Of a DNA stretch of 62,754 nucleotides, positions 27,301 through 39,250 are shown piece by piece. Origin of the DNA: Stylophora pistillata (lineage: Eukaryota); assembly GCF_002571385.2 (NCBI RefSeq), contig NW_019217814.1, forward strand, positions 362,417-425,170, in the 5' to 3' direction. A program made the position numbers and the translations under genes. The notes beneath the pieces were generated by a model. The model worked only from the letters and a program-made list of their open reading frames with translations. It ran no database searches and was not told the DNA's origin. How positions within the stretch are numbered: position 1 is the first letter of the stretch; the number at the start of each line of letters is the position of its first letter.

Positions 27301-27666
27301 TATAGATGCGGCGCGGAAGAGCAAAAGTTCTAATTTGTTACCAAATTTAATTTGGTACGTGGTATAAGGTTTCCCGGGCCTAGCTTGAAACGCATGGAAT
27401 AGCAGCTGGCGTCATTATTTTACCAACCAAAACCCTGCGATCACAGTGGTGAATAGCGGGATTACAAGACCTCACGAAAGGCTAAGTCGGACTCAGGAGA
27501 TGTTTACATAAACACCGCTGCGCATAACCAACTTTGCGGCTGCCAACACCCACACTTACGGAGCTGATCGAACCGCCACAAATGGAGCATAAGAACATTT
27601 TAAATACTCACTGGTGAAGGTCACCGGTAGAGTAAACGCAAGGAGTATCGTCACCAACACCTTCAT
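24370..27666 (-). CDS. Secreted Tae4/Dae4-like amidase domain fused to a Hedgehog-type Hog (Hint + SRR) domain; exons 27666-27612, 26320-25862, 25422-25231, 24881-24370; 405 aa
   Basis: All introns are GT/AG phase 1 and the exons sum to 1218 nt. Signal peptide MKVLVTILLAFTLPVTFT. Tae4-like motifs LPRF, CILRMSAVLN, YLKEEYGAP, FRGQKGIMFV, VLLWDG, QLW. Hint motifs QS/CFP, ISELAIGETV, VVTFLD, LTLSEAHL, ASQIKPGD, FAPVTREGTMIVDGVWVSCYA, followed by an SRR-like tail. Confidence 0.9.
26744..27050. mobile_element. Penelope-like inverted insertion forming a 120-bp-arm hairpin in intron 1 of the Dae4-Hint gene, with 14-bp TSD
   Basis: Arms 26805-26924 and 26933-27052 (3 mismatches counted, 8-nt loop). 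CACATAATATTTTA at 26730-26743 and 27051-27064. Each arm carries a hammerhead-like motif. Confidence 0.8.
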
Positions 27667-29243
27667 GTTGGCAGCTTCTCTGTGAAGTCTTTCTTGTCTT
27701 CCTCAGCGGAGAAACGCACGAAAATGCAAACCAACTCTTAAGAGTGTCGAAATGAGCTTTGAACGTTAGCAGCAGTGTAATAACGGAAAACATTTATCAA
27801 TTATTCAGGAAGAATAATACGTTTCGTGCGGTTCCCCTTGGCATTGCAGGTGGCATTATTTATCTATCGGACAAACGGAAAATAAGTTTTGCATTTCGAG
27901 ACTGTTTTAGTCCGTTTTCTGCAAATATGATGCTAGACAACAAATTCGTTGGAATTAGCACCTAAACTGTGCTTATAGAAATTAAGAGAGCTCGAGTCCA
28001 GGCTGAAGGCAAGAAAAATTATATCGTTAAACTGGAGAGAACTGGCAAAGATGGGTTAACAACTGGATGGTGTGAAACAGTGGCAGATCGTTCAACTCTA
28101 CATAAACTATTCACATATCATTGTTACTCAGGGCGTTCTTCTGGCTGAGAGCCATACCACATCTTTATTTTACACAATACACGCACCTCAGCTTCACGAC
28201 GGGATTCTCTGACAAGCCTCGACTGTACGGTTCCCCTCCTCAAACTTTGAGGTAAAGACATCAAAACACATCCAGTAAACTTTTGCAGAGAATAACGTCA
28301 TCCCTGCGCACCGCATTGTCTACACTCGGACACCTCCAGATATTTCCGAGATTACTATTCGGTCGAACAGGTTATGTAACAGCATTTTTTCTCTGTTGAA
28401 GCATCAGTGTATTCAAACTCATCAACTGCCATTTATTCCCCACCCCTGTTACAAGAGTTTAAAGTTTTGCCTTCGTTTTCTCGTAGCAAATGGATGCCAA
28501 AAAAGGCATCAATTCCCATCTAATGTTTTCCACATATCCGTCACCTAGTATGAAAGATATTTCGTTGCGTATACGTGTACCTTTTTCTATTAAGTGTCTC
28601 ATATCTACGACAAGCAAAATCAGGACCCAAGTCTGTACCTATCGATTTTCGAAAACATAATACGAGGTACTTTTCAGTAAAGAATGATATTTTATACTTT
28701 CGCATAAATAAAAATCCGCAAGTTGCTTATTTAACGTCAGTTCTACAGAAGCAAAAACGCCTCGAAATCAAGGTCATTCCGAGAAAAATGGAGTCAAACT
28801 TGATAAACATTTCAATATTAACAATAAAGAAATAAAAATGGCAACAACCTTTGAAATACAGTAAAATATAGCTTAACAAAAAAACTGAAATACACCGGAA
28901 TAACCTCGACCGTAAATTTGATACAATAAATGACAACAGTACAAAATTTCAATCAATCACCATTTCGTACAATAAAAAAATAAGAACTTGTAAAGTATGA
29001 CCGAAAATAATTTGACTTACCAAATATAAATTACTTGTGTATCAAGGCAATTTTCCAGACGCCTTCCCCACATTACAATATTTACAAAGTGGATTTTATC
29101 ACTTACTAGAAGTCAAAGCAAAAAAGAGCATGCAGTAGTCTTTAAGTGATCGTTTGTGGGGTTAGCAGAACCCATTCTACGTGTGTAGCCGCAGAAGCGA
29201 CATTCAGATTACTTCTGCTAAGACTGACTTGCGATGGTTAAGT

Positions 29244-32200
29244 TCATCTCTCAACGACTGCAACCATAAAGCGAATGTCGGCGGGTTCCCATTTACCAGG
29301 GGCGTCTTCCTCGTGAATAAACATTAGCGATTCTTCCTTTAAAGTCCATGGCGAACATTGGCCTGTCTGGCGATGACAAAAACTGTAATACCTCCCGCTC
29401 TGTCGGATTCTTGTTACAACCACATAGTGGTGCTGGCCATGTTTTCTGTTCTCTTTACTTACAATAACAGGGTAACCTTTTTTCAGAAGATCGATGATCA
29501 AGTTTGTCCACGAGTCAGCCTCGCCTTCATGGTATCCTTGGTGCATAACTTTAAGCTCTCGTCCCGGGACTTTCTCAAAGGCTTCCTTGATTCGCACCAT
29601 ATGAGCAGGGGAGGTTACTCCTGCACCATGGTGTGAACAATGCGATCCAAGCTCGAAAAATATCCGTTGCGTCACGTTTTCTACCGATGAGTCCATTGTT
29701 AGTGGTAAGTGAGCAGACCCATCTAGCAAATTACTCAGTGATCTGTAAATGTTACAAAAACTGAAAAGAATTAACTACAGCATCCTTTATTCATTCTCAC
29801 ACTTTGAAAATTCACGATGCCACTTCCGTATGTAGGGAGAAGAATACCTTCGGAGAGAGTGCATTTGGAATAATAAGGACTTGGGNGGGGGGGAGGGAGG
29901 AGGGTTTTAGCTCTTTTAGAATTACCCTGACTATGGCTACACATGCACCACACGATGTAAATGAACGCTACTCGATCAAACAACATCATTTACAACATTT
30001 CTTAACATTTTGCCTTTTTTCTCCCCCGCCTCCCCCCCCCCTCAAATCCAGTATATCCGCACGCCAACTTGGCTGCGTAACATACCGTCTCTGTCCGTTA
30101 TGCTATATCACCACAAATACTTACGAATAACTTGAATTGTAGGTCCTAGCCGCCATATTATCGAAATAGCCGAGTACCTTTGCCCAAGCCACTGGCCCTG
30201 AACCCGTCGTGCACTGGCCATGATGATGCTGACGATACTTTGGGAACAACTCTTCATGTGGTATTCTATGGTGCTTGTTGGAGAAAGCGCGTCGATGCCT
30301 TCTACTCTTCAAAATAATCCCGTAGTTGATAACCATGGTCTGAGTCCCGCGGGTCCGCAGTTCTACTTTAAACCGTATTTCCCTTCCACCGAGGTGTCTT
30401 CGAACAAAATTTTCGTCTGCGTCAACTTTGACTTTAATAAAACGATCACCCTTCTTCGTCAGTTTGAAGAAACGTTTGCTAACCGTAGAGATATCTACAT
30501 TTCCGTCACTATCACACAAATCACCCAAAACGCGACAAAGTCGTTTCTGCCAACGTTTCTTGCCGCTCTTTGCTTTCCTCCAATCACCATCCCGAAGGCC
30601 GACGAACTTGACATGGACCTCACGGAAGCCCTCACCGAGTGGAATCCGAACCGAGTCGCCCGGGTGTAGTCCCAGTTCTGCTTTGAAACCATCGTCCGTT
30701 TCTTCCACTTCGAAGTTATGTTCTGTTTCTAGGTTAACGGATGATTCCTGTGTTGGCGTGGTTGTGAATGGTTGAACTAGTGTGGTTGGTTTTGTGCTAA
30801 CGTCTGAAAGAAAAAAACATTACATTCAAACGGAAGGCAATCACGTCCTGGCCTCTAAGGATAAGTCTTAGCATAAAATAATATAAATTGTGACCAAAAA
30901 GATCCTGTAGACTACATAACTGTTACTGTAAAAGACTGGCCTGGCGACAACCAATCCGGCGACGATCGGGTAACAGAAGGTTGATTGTTGGTCAACTGTC
31001 AGCGAACACTTTCGAGTTTTTAGCTCGGCTGTCTAACCCTCCGCCTGACAATTTCCCACATGAACGACAACAGACCAACCCAATTCTTACACATCATCCG
31101 TAATGTGTTTTTTCCCCAAAGAGAGTCTGTCTCAAGATTAAGGGGGGAGGGGAGATAAATCTGGCGCTTTTCTTTTATTAAAAGCTACTCATTCAATTTC
31201 CGAAAGTTTCGTGAGCCGCTAACTAAAAGTGTAGAGTAAAGTAATGCGGTGAAGTACATGGTGACATCAATCACCACTTACCTGCTATCGCCATGGACAA
31301 CCACTCGAACCTGTTCCACTCTGGCATCTTTTTCAATCGTTCAGCTTGTTCTTGCCATTCTCTCTCCATGTTGGGTAACTCCCGAGTCACTTGTTTGTCC
31401 AGATGTCTCCAATCAATATCCTGTGCAACAGAAACAAATGGGAGCACGTCACTGAGTACATTTCTAACTACAGTCGAACCTCCACTAACGGCCACCTCTC
31501 TACAGTGGCCACCTCTCCACAAGGGCCACTTTTTTCGGCCCCGTCGAGCTATCCATACATTACACCCCTACCTCCCCATAACGGCTACCTCTCCACACCG
31601 GCCAATTTCTTCTGTTCTCAGACTAGCCGTTGTGGTGAGGTTCAACTGAGTTTTTCAGTTTGAATTTGGAATCATATCCAACAGAATACTCTGTCTGATA
31701 TTTCTCTTTCCTCTATCACCTTTTTACACGGCGATGAATTGATATTACGAGGAGATGTAACCCACTGGTCAAGCCTAAAAGCGAGATGATCAAACCATCT
31801 CCTCACTAGCCCTCACAAAGGTTATAGCGTGATTAAATTATCGTTTTCTTTAATTCTTTAAAATTCGGTGCAAACATACCAAATAATCATAGTCTCTAGT
31901 GCGGTTTCTACGAAAGGGACAAATTGTTTCCGGGGTTGTCTACAAATACTATGCACGCCGGGGATGTCTCGCGCCCTAATTACTTCATTTGGTTTATTTT
32001 TTAAAAGTGTTTTTCTGTAGAGAAATTAGCATGAATTACCTAAATTCGGAGATTTCAATATCTGTCATTGATCTGTTTTTTTTTTTTTATGAAGCACCGT
32101 CAGTTTTTAATTTAGCTAAATAGTTTTAACGATAGGGTTGGTGATACTAATCACCGAAATCCTGTGTTAATCCCTAAAAACATACTTACAAATTAAGCAT

Positions 32201-35200
32201 AATCTTCGTTAATAATTTCAAGTATGTCAAAAGTGTTATCGGGTTACTTAATCCACTAATTAAGCGGCTGAGAAAGCATTAGCTTCAATTATCTTGGACT
32301 GTAGTCAACTCTTAAGATTCTCATGTCATAGAAGTCCTTTCTCGGTGAGCCTGTTCAATTTCGAAGGCGTCCTCGATTACGATTTCCGTTTCAGACCTGT
32401 TTGAAAGCTCAGGAAAGCTGTGACCATTGCTTAATAAATACTTGCGCGATGCCTTGTTGTCAATGTCTTTGTCTCCCAAAAGGTTTGATTACTGGTCTTA
32501 TCTGGAAGGCCTTCAAGAGTACCTCGGCACTCGACACAAATGTGAGACACGCGTTTGAAAGTAGAAACGCGCGTGGGACTTCTGTCCCTCGCGTGTGCCG
32601 GTTTGTATTGCCCAACAGCAGTTGCTCGTCGTTTTCATTTAAATCGTGGCTTTCTCATAAATAGGCTCAGAAAACGGGGAATAAATGGTACATACCGTAG
32701 AATCTGTATCAATGTTCCTTGTGATAGCGACTATTTTGTTTACATCAGTATCTTCACATGCCATGAGACCATCCGGTCTCAGTCGATAGACTCTGTGACA
32801 GCCATACCCATTACTGTTGGCTTGGGCTGTTAGTATATCTGAAGGACTTGGCAAAGATCCTTCTTCGGCGAGACGATGATCTCCCGTCTGCCTTGCTGTA
32901 CAAAAAACAAAACTTCATTTATCATTCAGCTCTTCATTTTCATGTTCTTGCCAGCAAAAGTCAAGAGTTCCAATCTAGTGCTATTCCAGCTAGTTTTGTT
33001 TAACCATAACATGCTGGGCCCTTCTGGATGCTGTAGCTGATAAGTACTAAGTCCCAATTTAAAACTTTAAGTCCTATTCTCAGCTTATTTAGAAATGTTT
33101 TGATAACCAGGTCCTCTCACCACACAGCAAGCAAAAGAGCCTATTAACCACACATTCTGCTGTTCTGCTAACTACTTCGTAAAGAAAACCCCCATATGTT
33201 TAGCTTTACAAAATAAAGCTATGTTGGAACCGAAATAGAGGCTTTATCCCCACTGTATTCTGGTATGTGCTCTCTTAGTTTGTCTAAGTACATTTAATCC
33301 AAATAAATAGGATATTGGCACCTTAAATTTATTTATTTATTAAATTTGTTAAAAGTGTTCTTTATCTAAGCTTTTTTAAGCAAAGATTAGCTCTACAACT
33401 TAACAAAGTTGTTCAATAATGTAACCAGAGTTTGTGCCCGCAATATAGAGCTGTCGGCTGATAAGGGGTACCTAAAATCCCTCATTCCAACTAGAAAGTT
33501 ATATATTATGTATGAACACATACCAGCTGAGATGATCACATATTTTTCTCCAGTTTTTCCATTGATTTTTGCTTCCCAGTATGCAACATAATTATGTGGG
33601 AGATCCTTTCTGAAGATGGGCCTTAAACCCATAATGTCATCTTGACTGATAGCATCTGACAAAGTGTAAAATTCCTCCTGAGTTTCCCAAGAAACATCAT
33701 CTGTGCCACACCAAAATGTATTGATGGATTCTGAACTATTTAATACCCTCGGAGGAACTGTAATCTTAATGCCATCTTCACCATATTTCCATTCATTGGG
33801 TCTGTTTTTGTCCCTGTAAATACAGAATAAAATTAAATAAAAACTGAGGGTCAAGATGGATTGACAGTTGCTCCAAATAAATTTGTAAAACAGTTATATA
33901 AATTTTTCTTTTGTTCAATCTTGTTCTTAGTAATTGAATCACTAGTAATTAGATTAATACTGTCCACCAGGATCTTATAATCAAAACAAATTTGCCAGAA
34001 ATTTCCACAATTCTAAATTAAAAGCTCACGTTTTTGTGCCCCTTTATAAACAAAGATGGCATACATTGAGTGAAATGAAAGATTGATTCTCTATTTGTTT
34101 AGAACTCTGTATCTTTCCCCTTTTGATATTGCCTTTTCCCCCCTTTTGAGGCAATGCACTGTAATTCTGCATGGAGGAGTACAAAGCAAGAGAAATCTCC
34201 TGAGACCCTCCCCCCAAGTAGTGGAATGTGACCAGGATCAGAAGGAGATACTTATACTAAAGCTGATGCATGAAGGAGAACCATATGATAACACTGACAT
34301 AACTCTATCAGAATTTTCTTTAAGACATCTGTTTTAACTTACTGGTTATACCACCTTAAGACCTCTTCCTCCAGATACAGGTCTAGTAAGTCTGGTGGGG
34401 TCAGTATCTCAAGATTGCCCCCTTTTGCTCTTTTTTTTTTTTTTGCTGAAGAGCTAACGCTCAAAACATCAGCTTTTTAACTCTTAACGGTGGCCAATTT
34501 ACAATTTCAACTTATTTGATATTACCAAATTACCTGCATTTAACAGAGGCTGGCTAACCCAGTTGCCAAGAGCCCAATTTTTACAAAGTCCACAGCCTTA
34601 CCAAGGTAAGAAAATTCCCCATATACACACCCAACATAGTTACCATGATGACACAAAATGTATTACATACATACATATACTTTATTTCATCTCGAATTTG
34701 GAGTAGCTAAAAGATAAGCTAGTATCTTCGAGTTACAAGTATAATTCTAAATACTACTAAAATATAAAATGTAAAATTGTAACATTCTACAATTTAACTA
34801 TGACAAAGAGTCATACTGTAGAATCTTGTGCTTGAAATCAGAAAAGTCAGACATTCTAAAAGAATCCGGAAGAGATTTCCATAGTTTTGAAGCCATAATA
34901 TGAAAAGGAGTGAAGACCATAAGTAGTAGTTTTTGTAGATGGTAGAGACAAAATATAATTTCCGCGTAGATTAGAGGATACAGACCGGAAACTAAACATA
35001 TTCCTTAGATAGCCTGGATAGCAGTTAAAAAAAAAAGCCCTTGTACAAAATTATATAATTAAGAAAGTCTGAAGGCCTCTTTTATACAGAGATTTGGAGT
35101 TAACTTTGCTAAGTAGAGAGTCATAGGAAGAATTATAATCCTGCAAGATAAATCTAAGAATTCGCTTGTTTAAAGTATCTATCTTCTCAGTAATATGCGC

Positions 35201-37412
35201 ACCACAAAAGTGCCATACAGATGAACAATAGTTAGAATGTGGCATAATAAAAGTCTTATACAATCTTAGTAGAGCATCTTTAGAGATAAGTTTACGAAAT
35301 CTTAGCATTACATTGAACTGGCCACTTATCTTCTTACAAATAGTTGATATATAATTATTAAAATGCAACCTATTGTCAATATTTATTCCAAATATATCTA
35401 AAGAATCTTATTGCAACTTGTTTATCAAAAATTTAGGGGAAATTTCTTATGTCCACAGGATTATACCTGTATTCAGTACCCAGGGTGATACAAAATCAAT
35501 AAAATAAGACTTTCACTTGAACCAAGCTACCCTACTCCCCAGCTCCCATGAGAGGACCCTTTAATATTTCCTCTCATCCTTTGATATTCCTGCTATTGTA
35601 ACATAAACTGGTATGTGCCTCACTATTCAATTACAAACTTATCTTTTGACAGGCCACTGAGTAGATCCATTTGTAGATAATTTTAATCCATAATGAAAGT
35701 CCTATAAAACAATGTCTGACAGGTTTCTTCATTAAATTGTGTTGATTTCATCTTGAGCAGAATAAAAATGCCACTGATACAGACATACAAGAGGCTTAAT
35801 CTGCACAGACAAATTACTTTAAAAGCTAAGTTTACTCTTTTATCTGGTTATGCTTTAGCTTAATTAGAAAGGTAAATAGTATACCTTAATGGGTATGTAA
35901 AGAATTTCCCATTTAAACATTTCTCTGGTTACAATCTTGAGAAAGTTCTGTTTCAAATTTTTATTAAATGTTTAGCATCAGAACAAAAGATCCTTGCTGC
36001 AGAGACAGTTAGATGATAAAATCTATATCCTTAACTTTTTTAAAAGAAGATGTAACATACACTTGAAGGGTCCAAACAAAATGTAGAGAGGGCTTGATTC
36101 AAACCCTTCATGGCACTCGGTTCTGAGTTGAAATGATGTCATCTGATCAACTTCTGGAATTCAAACCCTATATATCCGTAACAACCCCCAAAGCAAAAAT
36201 CCACTTATAGAATCCACTTATGGAATTAAGACTAAGGCTCTTTCAGAAAACCAAAGCCATTTGACTTATGAGTAAAAATCAGCGATGCTAATTCGATTTC
36301 TTTGGTAGCACTAGCTTTAGAAGACAATGACTAGGAACAAAACGAAGCGTTTCTCTTTGAAATTTAAATGCTTTCCGACACAAAGAAATAAAATGCACTT
36401 AATGACTTAATTACGCAGCATCTTCCGTTGTTCGAAATCAAAGAGAACTTCAAGAAGATGCACCAATGAGGTCTCTGAAATTAATCGCAGCCCGGATGAT
36501 CACGGAGGTGTAAACAGAGGGTAGAAAGATCGCAGAGGGTTCAAACCCAAGAAGGTCTGTTAGGCATTGCCCGCTTCAAATTTGAGCGACTCAGAACATT
36601 AACTGCATGCAAGAACAACAGGTCTTTTGTCGTCGTCAACAGAGAAAGGACTCCAGTAATTTGTAGGTTAATTTCGTAGTCAATAAGAGTAATTAGGCGA
36701 CGCATCAAAATGGACATTCATTGGTCGAGTAGTGGTGAAAGTAGTGGGGTTCCATCAGATAACATGAAGTGCTGAAGGCGCTCGCAGTGATCTTTAATAC
36801 GCCGACATATTAAATTTACCTTTTATCTTTAAGAAAATTTCTTCCGCAAAATAAAACATAGGTTTCCACATGCAAGTATGAGCTTGGGATGCATCAGCGG
36901 TCTCCTTTACTTTTATCGCCTCAATGACACCCATGAGACAAGCTAAACAGACCTTTTGTGTTTGAAAAATGACAACCTTCGATAACTAAAATACAGTTCT
37001 CGGCGGGAATTGAGTAAAGCAATCATGCAGCGTGAAATACAGTATTTATGACGCTGCAGGCCAAGGTTACGGGAGAGTGCATACGCTATAAACATAAAAA
37101 TTAAACGTTGCATATTTGATATTGATACTTCACGATCCCCAAAGTGTTTACAAACCCGCTTTACTCAAGAAAGACCACTCACCGGTTTGATTTCTCGATT
37201 GAGTAGACAACCAGAAATCCTACCAGCAACACCACTAAAAGAAGAGTTACGAAAACACACGTCCGCGGAGATCTTCGTCGTTCTCCACTTGTAAATTCTA
37301 CCACGACTGGCTCCTTTGCGACTTCGGCGTTACTTTCGTCGTCCATGTTGACTTGCATCGATTCGCCAGGCGGCGGCTTTTCGGCGACGGGTTTTGTGAC
37401 TGCCTTAACCAT
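29244..37412 (-). CDS. Type II membrane protein with a furin site and a C-terminal papain-fold (C10/C39-like) pseudopeptidase domain; exons 37412-37183, 33813-33524, 32895-32696, 31420-31282, 30803-30125, 29742(or 29760)-29244; about 678 aa
   Basis: Six exons join in frame with GT/AG sites (phases 2,1,0,1,2). Signal-anchor CVFVTLLLVVLLVGFLVVY after RRR. RRHRR site. YRQ...CTTGSGPVAWAKVLGYFD and GYPVIV...HHYVVV motifs. Confidence 0.8.
31471..31648. mobile_element. Tc1/mariner-type MITE
   Basis: TA|CAGTCGAACCTC at the left end and GAGGTTCAACTG at the right end, with internal ACGGCCACCTCTC repeats. Confidence 0.7.
34661..35420 (-). mobile_element. 5'-truncated, degenerate non-LTR retrotransposon (CR1/L2-like) 3' end
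   Basis: ORF 35051-35368 LYKTFIMPHSNYCSSVWHFC resembles the post-RT C-terminus. It is followed by YNLRG-like sequence, AATAAA and an (ATGT)n tail. Confidence 0.85.
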
Positions 37413-39212
37413 TTTAAGTTCCGTTGAATTTACTTGCTATAAAGGTTTCAAAGTACAGCAGACTTAAACGGAGACTCCTCGGGCAATCGTTTGACTGCAC
37501 GTTTACTCTGATACATAATTTATAAAGCCTTTGATATTTGATCTCTACCTCTTGATTGTGAAAGTGTGAAAAATTGACAAGCCAATCAACAGCTCTGGAG
37601 CCGGAACCGGAAATAGAAAAAAAAAACAAGTTCGCAGTCGTGCGCACATCGGGGCTACTCAAGCGCGCGGAGATTTTTCCTTTTTTTTTTTTTAAAGAAG
37701 ATTTATTTCAAATAAAACAGATCTGAAAAATATTTTTTTCAACAATTTTTCTTTGGATACGAAGGAATGTTCATGAGGAAGTTTCATAAAAGCTATGAAC
37801 ATGTCAATGAGCAGATTCTAGTAACTTGCGAAGCAGATCATGTGCAGCAGGAGTCAATGGTATAATCATATTCACTGTTTTAAAGATAATTTAGTAGTAA
37901 AAGTTAAACCAAATCAAATACGAACCTTTTTCGTTGTAGTTCTTGTCTTTGTACTATTTTGCTGTAATGTTTGTTTGTTTGTTTTTTACTAAAAGGAAAT
38001 TTTTTAATAAAAAAATGCTGTCCAACTCGTTGAAAGGTCTACTAAGTTTGTATTTGCATTTGCTTTTCAAAGAATAAGACTTCCGTTGATCACTTATTGT
38101 AGATAACATTCCTTTCCCCAGGGCAAAATCTGTGGTAAGAATTAGCTGATCAGTTTAGTTAGAAAGGTGAAAAACAGGAAACCCACGTAAGCTGAAAACA
38201 AAGAGTTTTATCGTCAAAGAAGAAAAGTGAGTCCCATTAGAATTATCTTTAACTACAAGATATCCCAATCATTTAGAATGAACATACGTGCCAGTTCATT
38301 TGAGTTTCGATCCGTATTATCTTGAAGGTTCAATGAAAAGTAGCTTCCTTTTGGCTAAGTTCTGTTTCAAACATTTCAGAGGGGAAGACCGAAAGAAAAG
38401 GAAAACAAACAACAACAAAACCACTTATAGGAAGTGGTCGACTCAACTGAAGTCAGTGATTTCCGCCATTCCGGATATATATTTTTCAGAATATACTTCA
38501 TAGATACCTCAATTGAAACTATATTTTGAACAATGTTGATATTAACAGTTTAGGGGCACGAGTTAGAACTGATCGAGCAGAGAATTATTTTAGAGATTAA
38601 AAAAATAATTTTGACAAATATACCAGAGTTGTAGTTTAGAAAAGTAGCACGTAAAGAGGGTGTCTCCTAATTAAGTACTACATAATAGTGTCAATGGCAT
38701 ACGCCTCTCTTATTGCACTAATCAGTTCGTGTAGTGTTAGCTGTATGGAAAACATTTGCTTTATGCGTTAAAAATAATTGTCAGATTTTGGCTTCCATTC
38801 ATTCACATAACGAGTTCCACGTGTGTAAATTGAAAGTTGGTTCACCGCGGGAAAGCACGCTTCTACTGCACATACGGAACATCTTAGCTTTCCTTTTACG
38901 TCCTTTTATCAAAATATGATGCTTTCAAGTCTTAAAAATGTCGTACTGTACATTGAGTCATATCAGAGTGAATCCTTCTGATCTCCAGAGTGGTCAATCT
39001 TTTGATTACTAGTCAGTAATAAACCTTCCATAAGCTTTTCTCTCGCGGCTCTACTTAAAAAGTTGGCTGCAATGTATTTCAATCATAAACAAATTAATCG
39101 CCAGGTAATTAATAATTGCAAGCACTAGACGATCAGACGATGATAAAAACGGAACGGAATGCCGCAGGAATATAATAGAACAGGTGAAAGTGACTGTTGT
39201 CGGTGGTGCTGA

Positions 39213-39250
39213 CTGACGTTTCGACCATCTGTGCGGAAGTCATCATCAGA
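39213..39250 (-). ncRNA. Minimal hammerhead ribozyme motif (Penelope-associated type)
   Basis: Minus strand TCTGATGATGACTTCCGCACAGATGGTCGAAACGTCAG: CUGAUGA core, GAC/GTC stem II, GAAAC, then GTC. Confidence 0.6.

Noticed and set aside
24370-27666. True hedgehog gene or intein
   Set aside because: There is no Hedge N-terminal signalling domain. The Hint ends in SCYA plus an SRR-like tail, not the intein His-Asn/extein junction.
36819-36942. Possible extra exon of the peptidase-like gene
   Set aside because: Its phase is incompatible with exon 1, which joins 33813 directly in frame.
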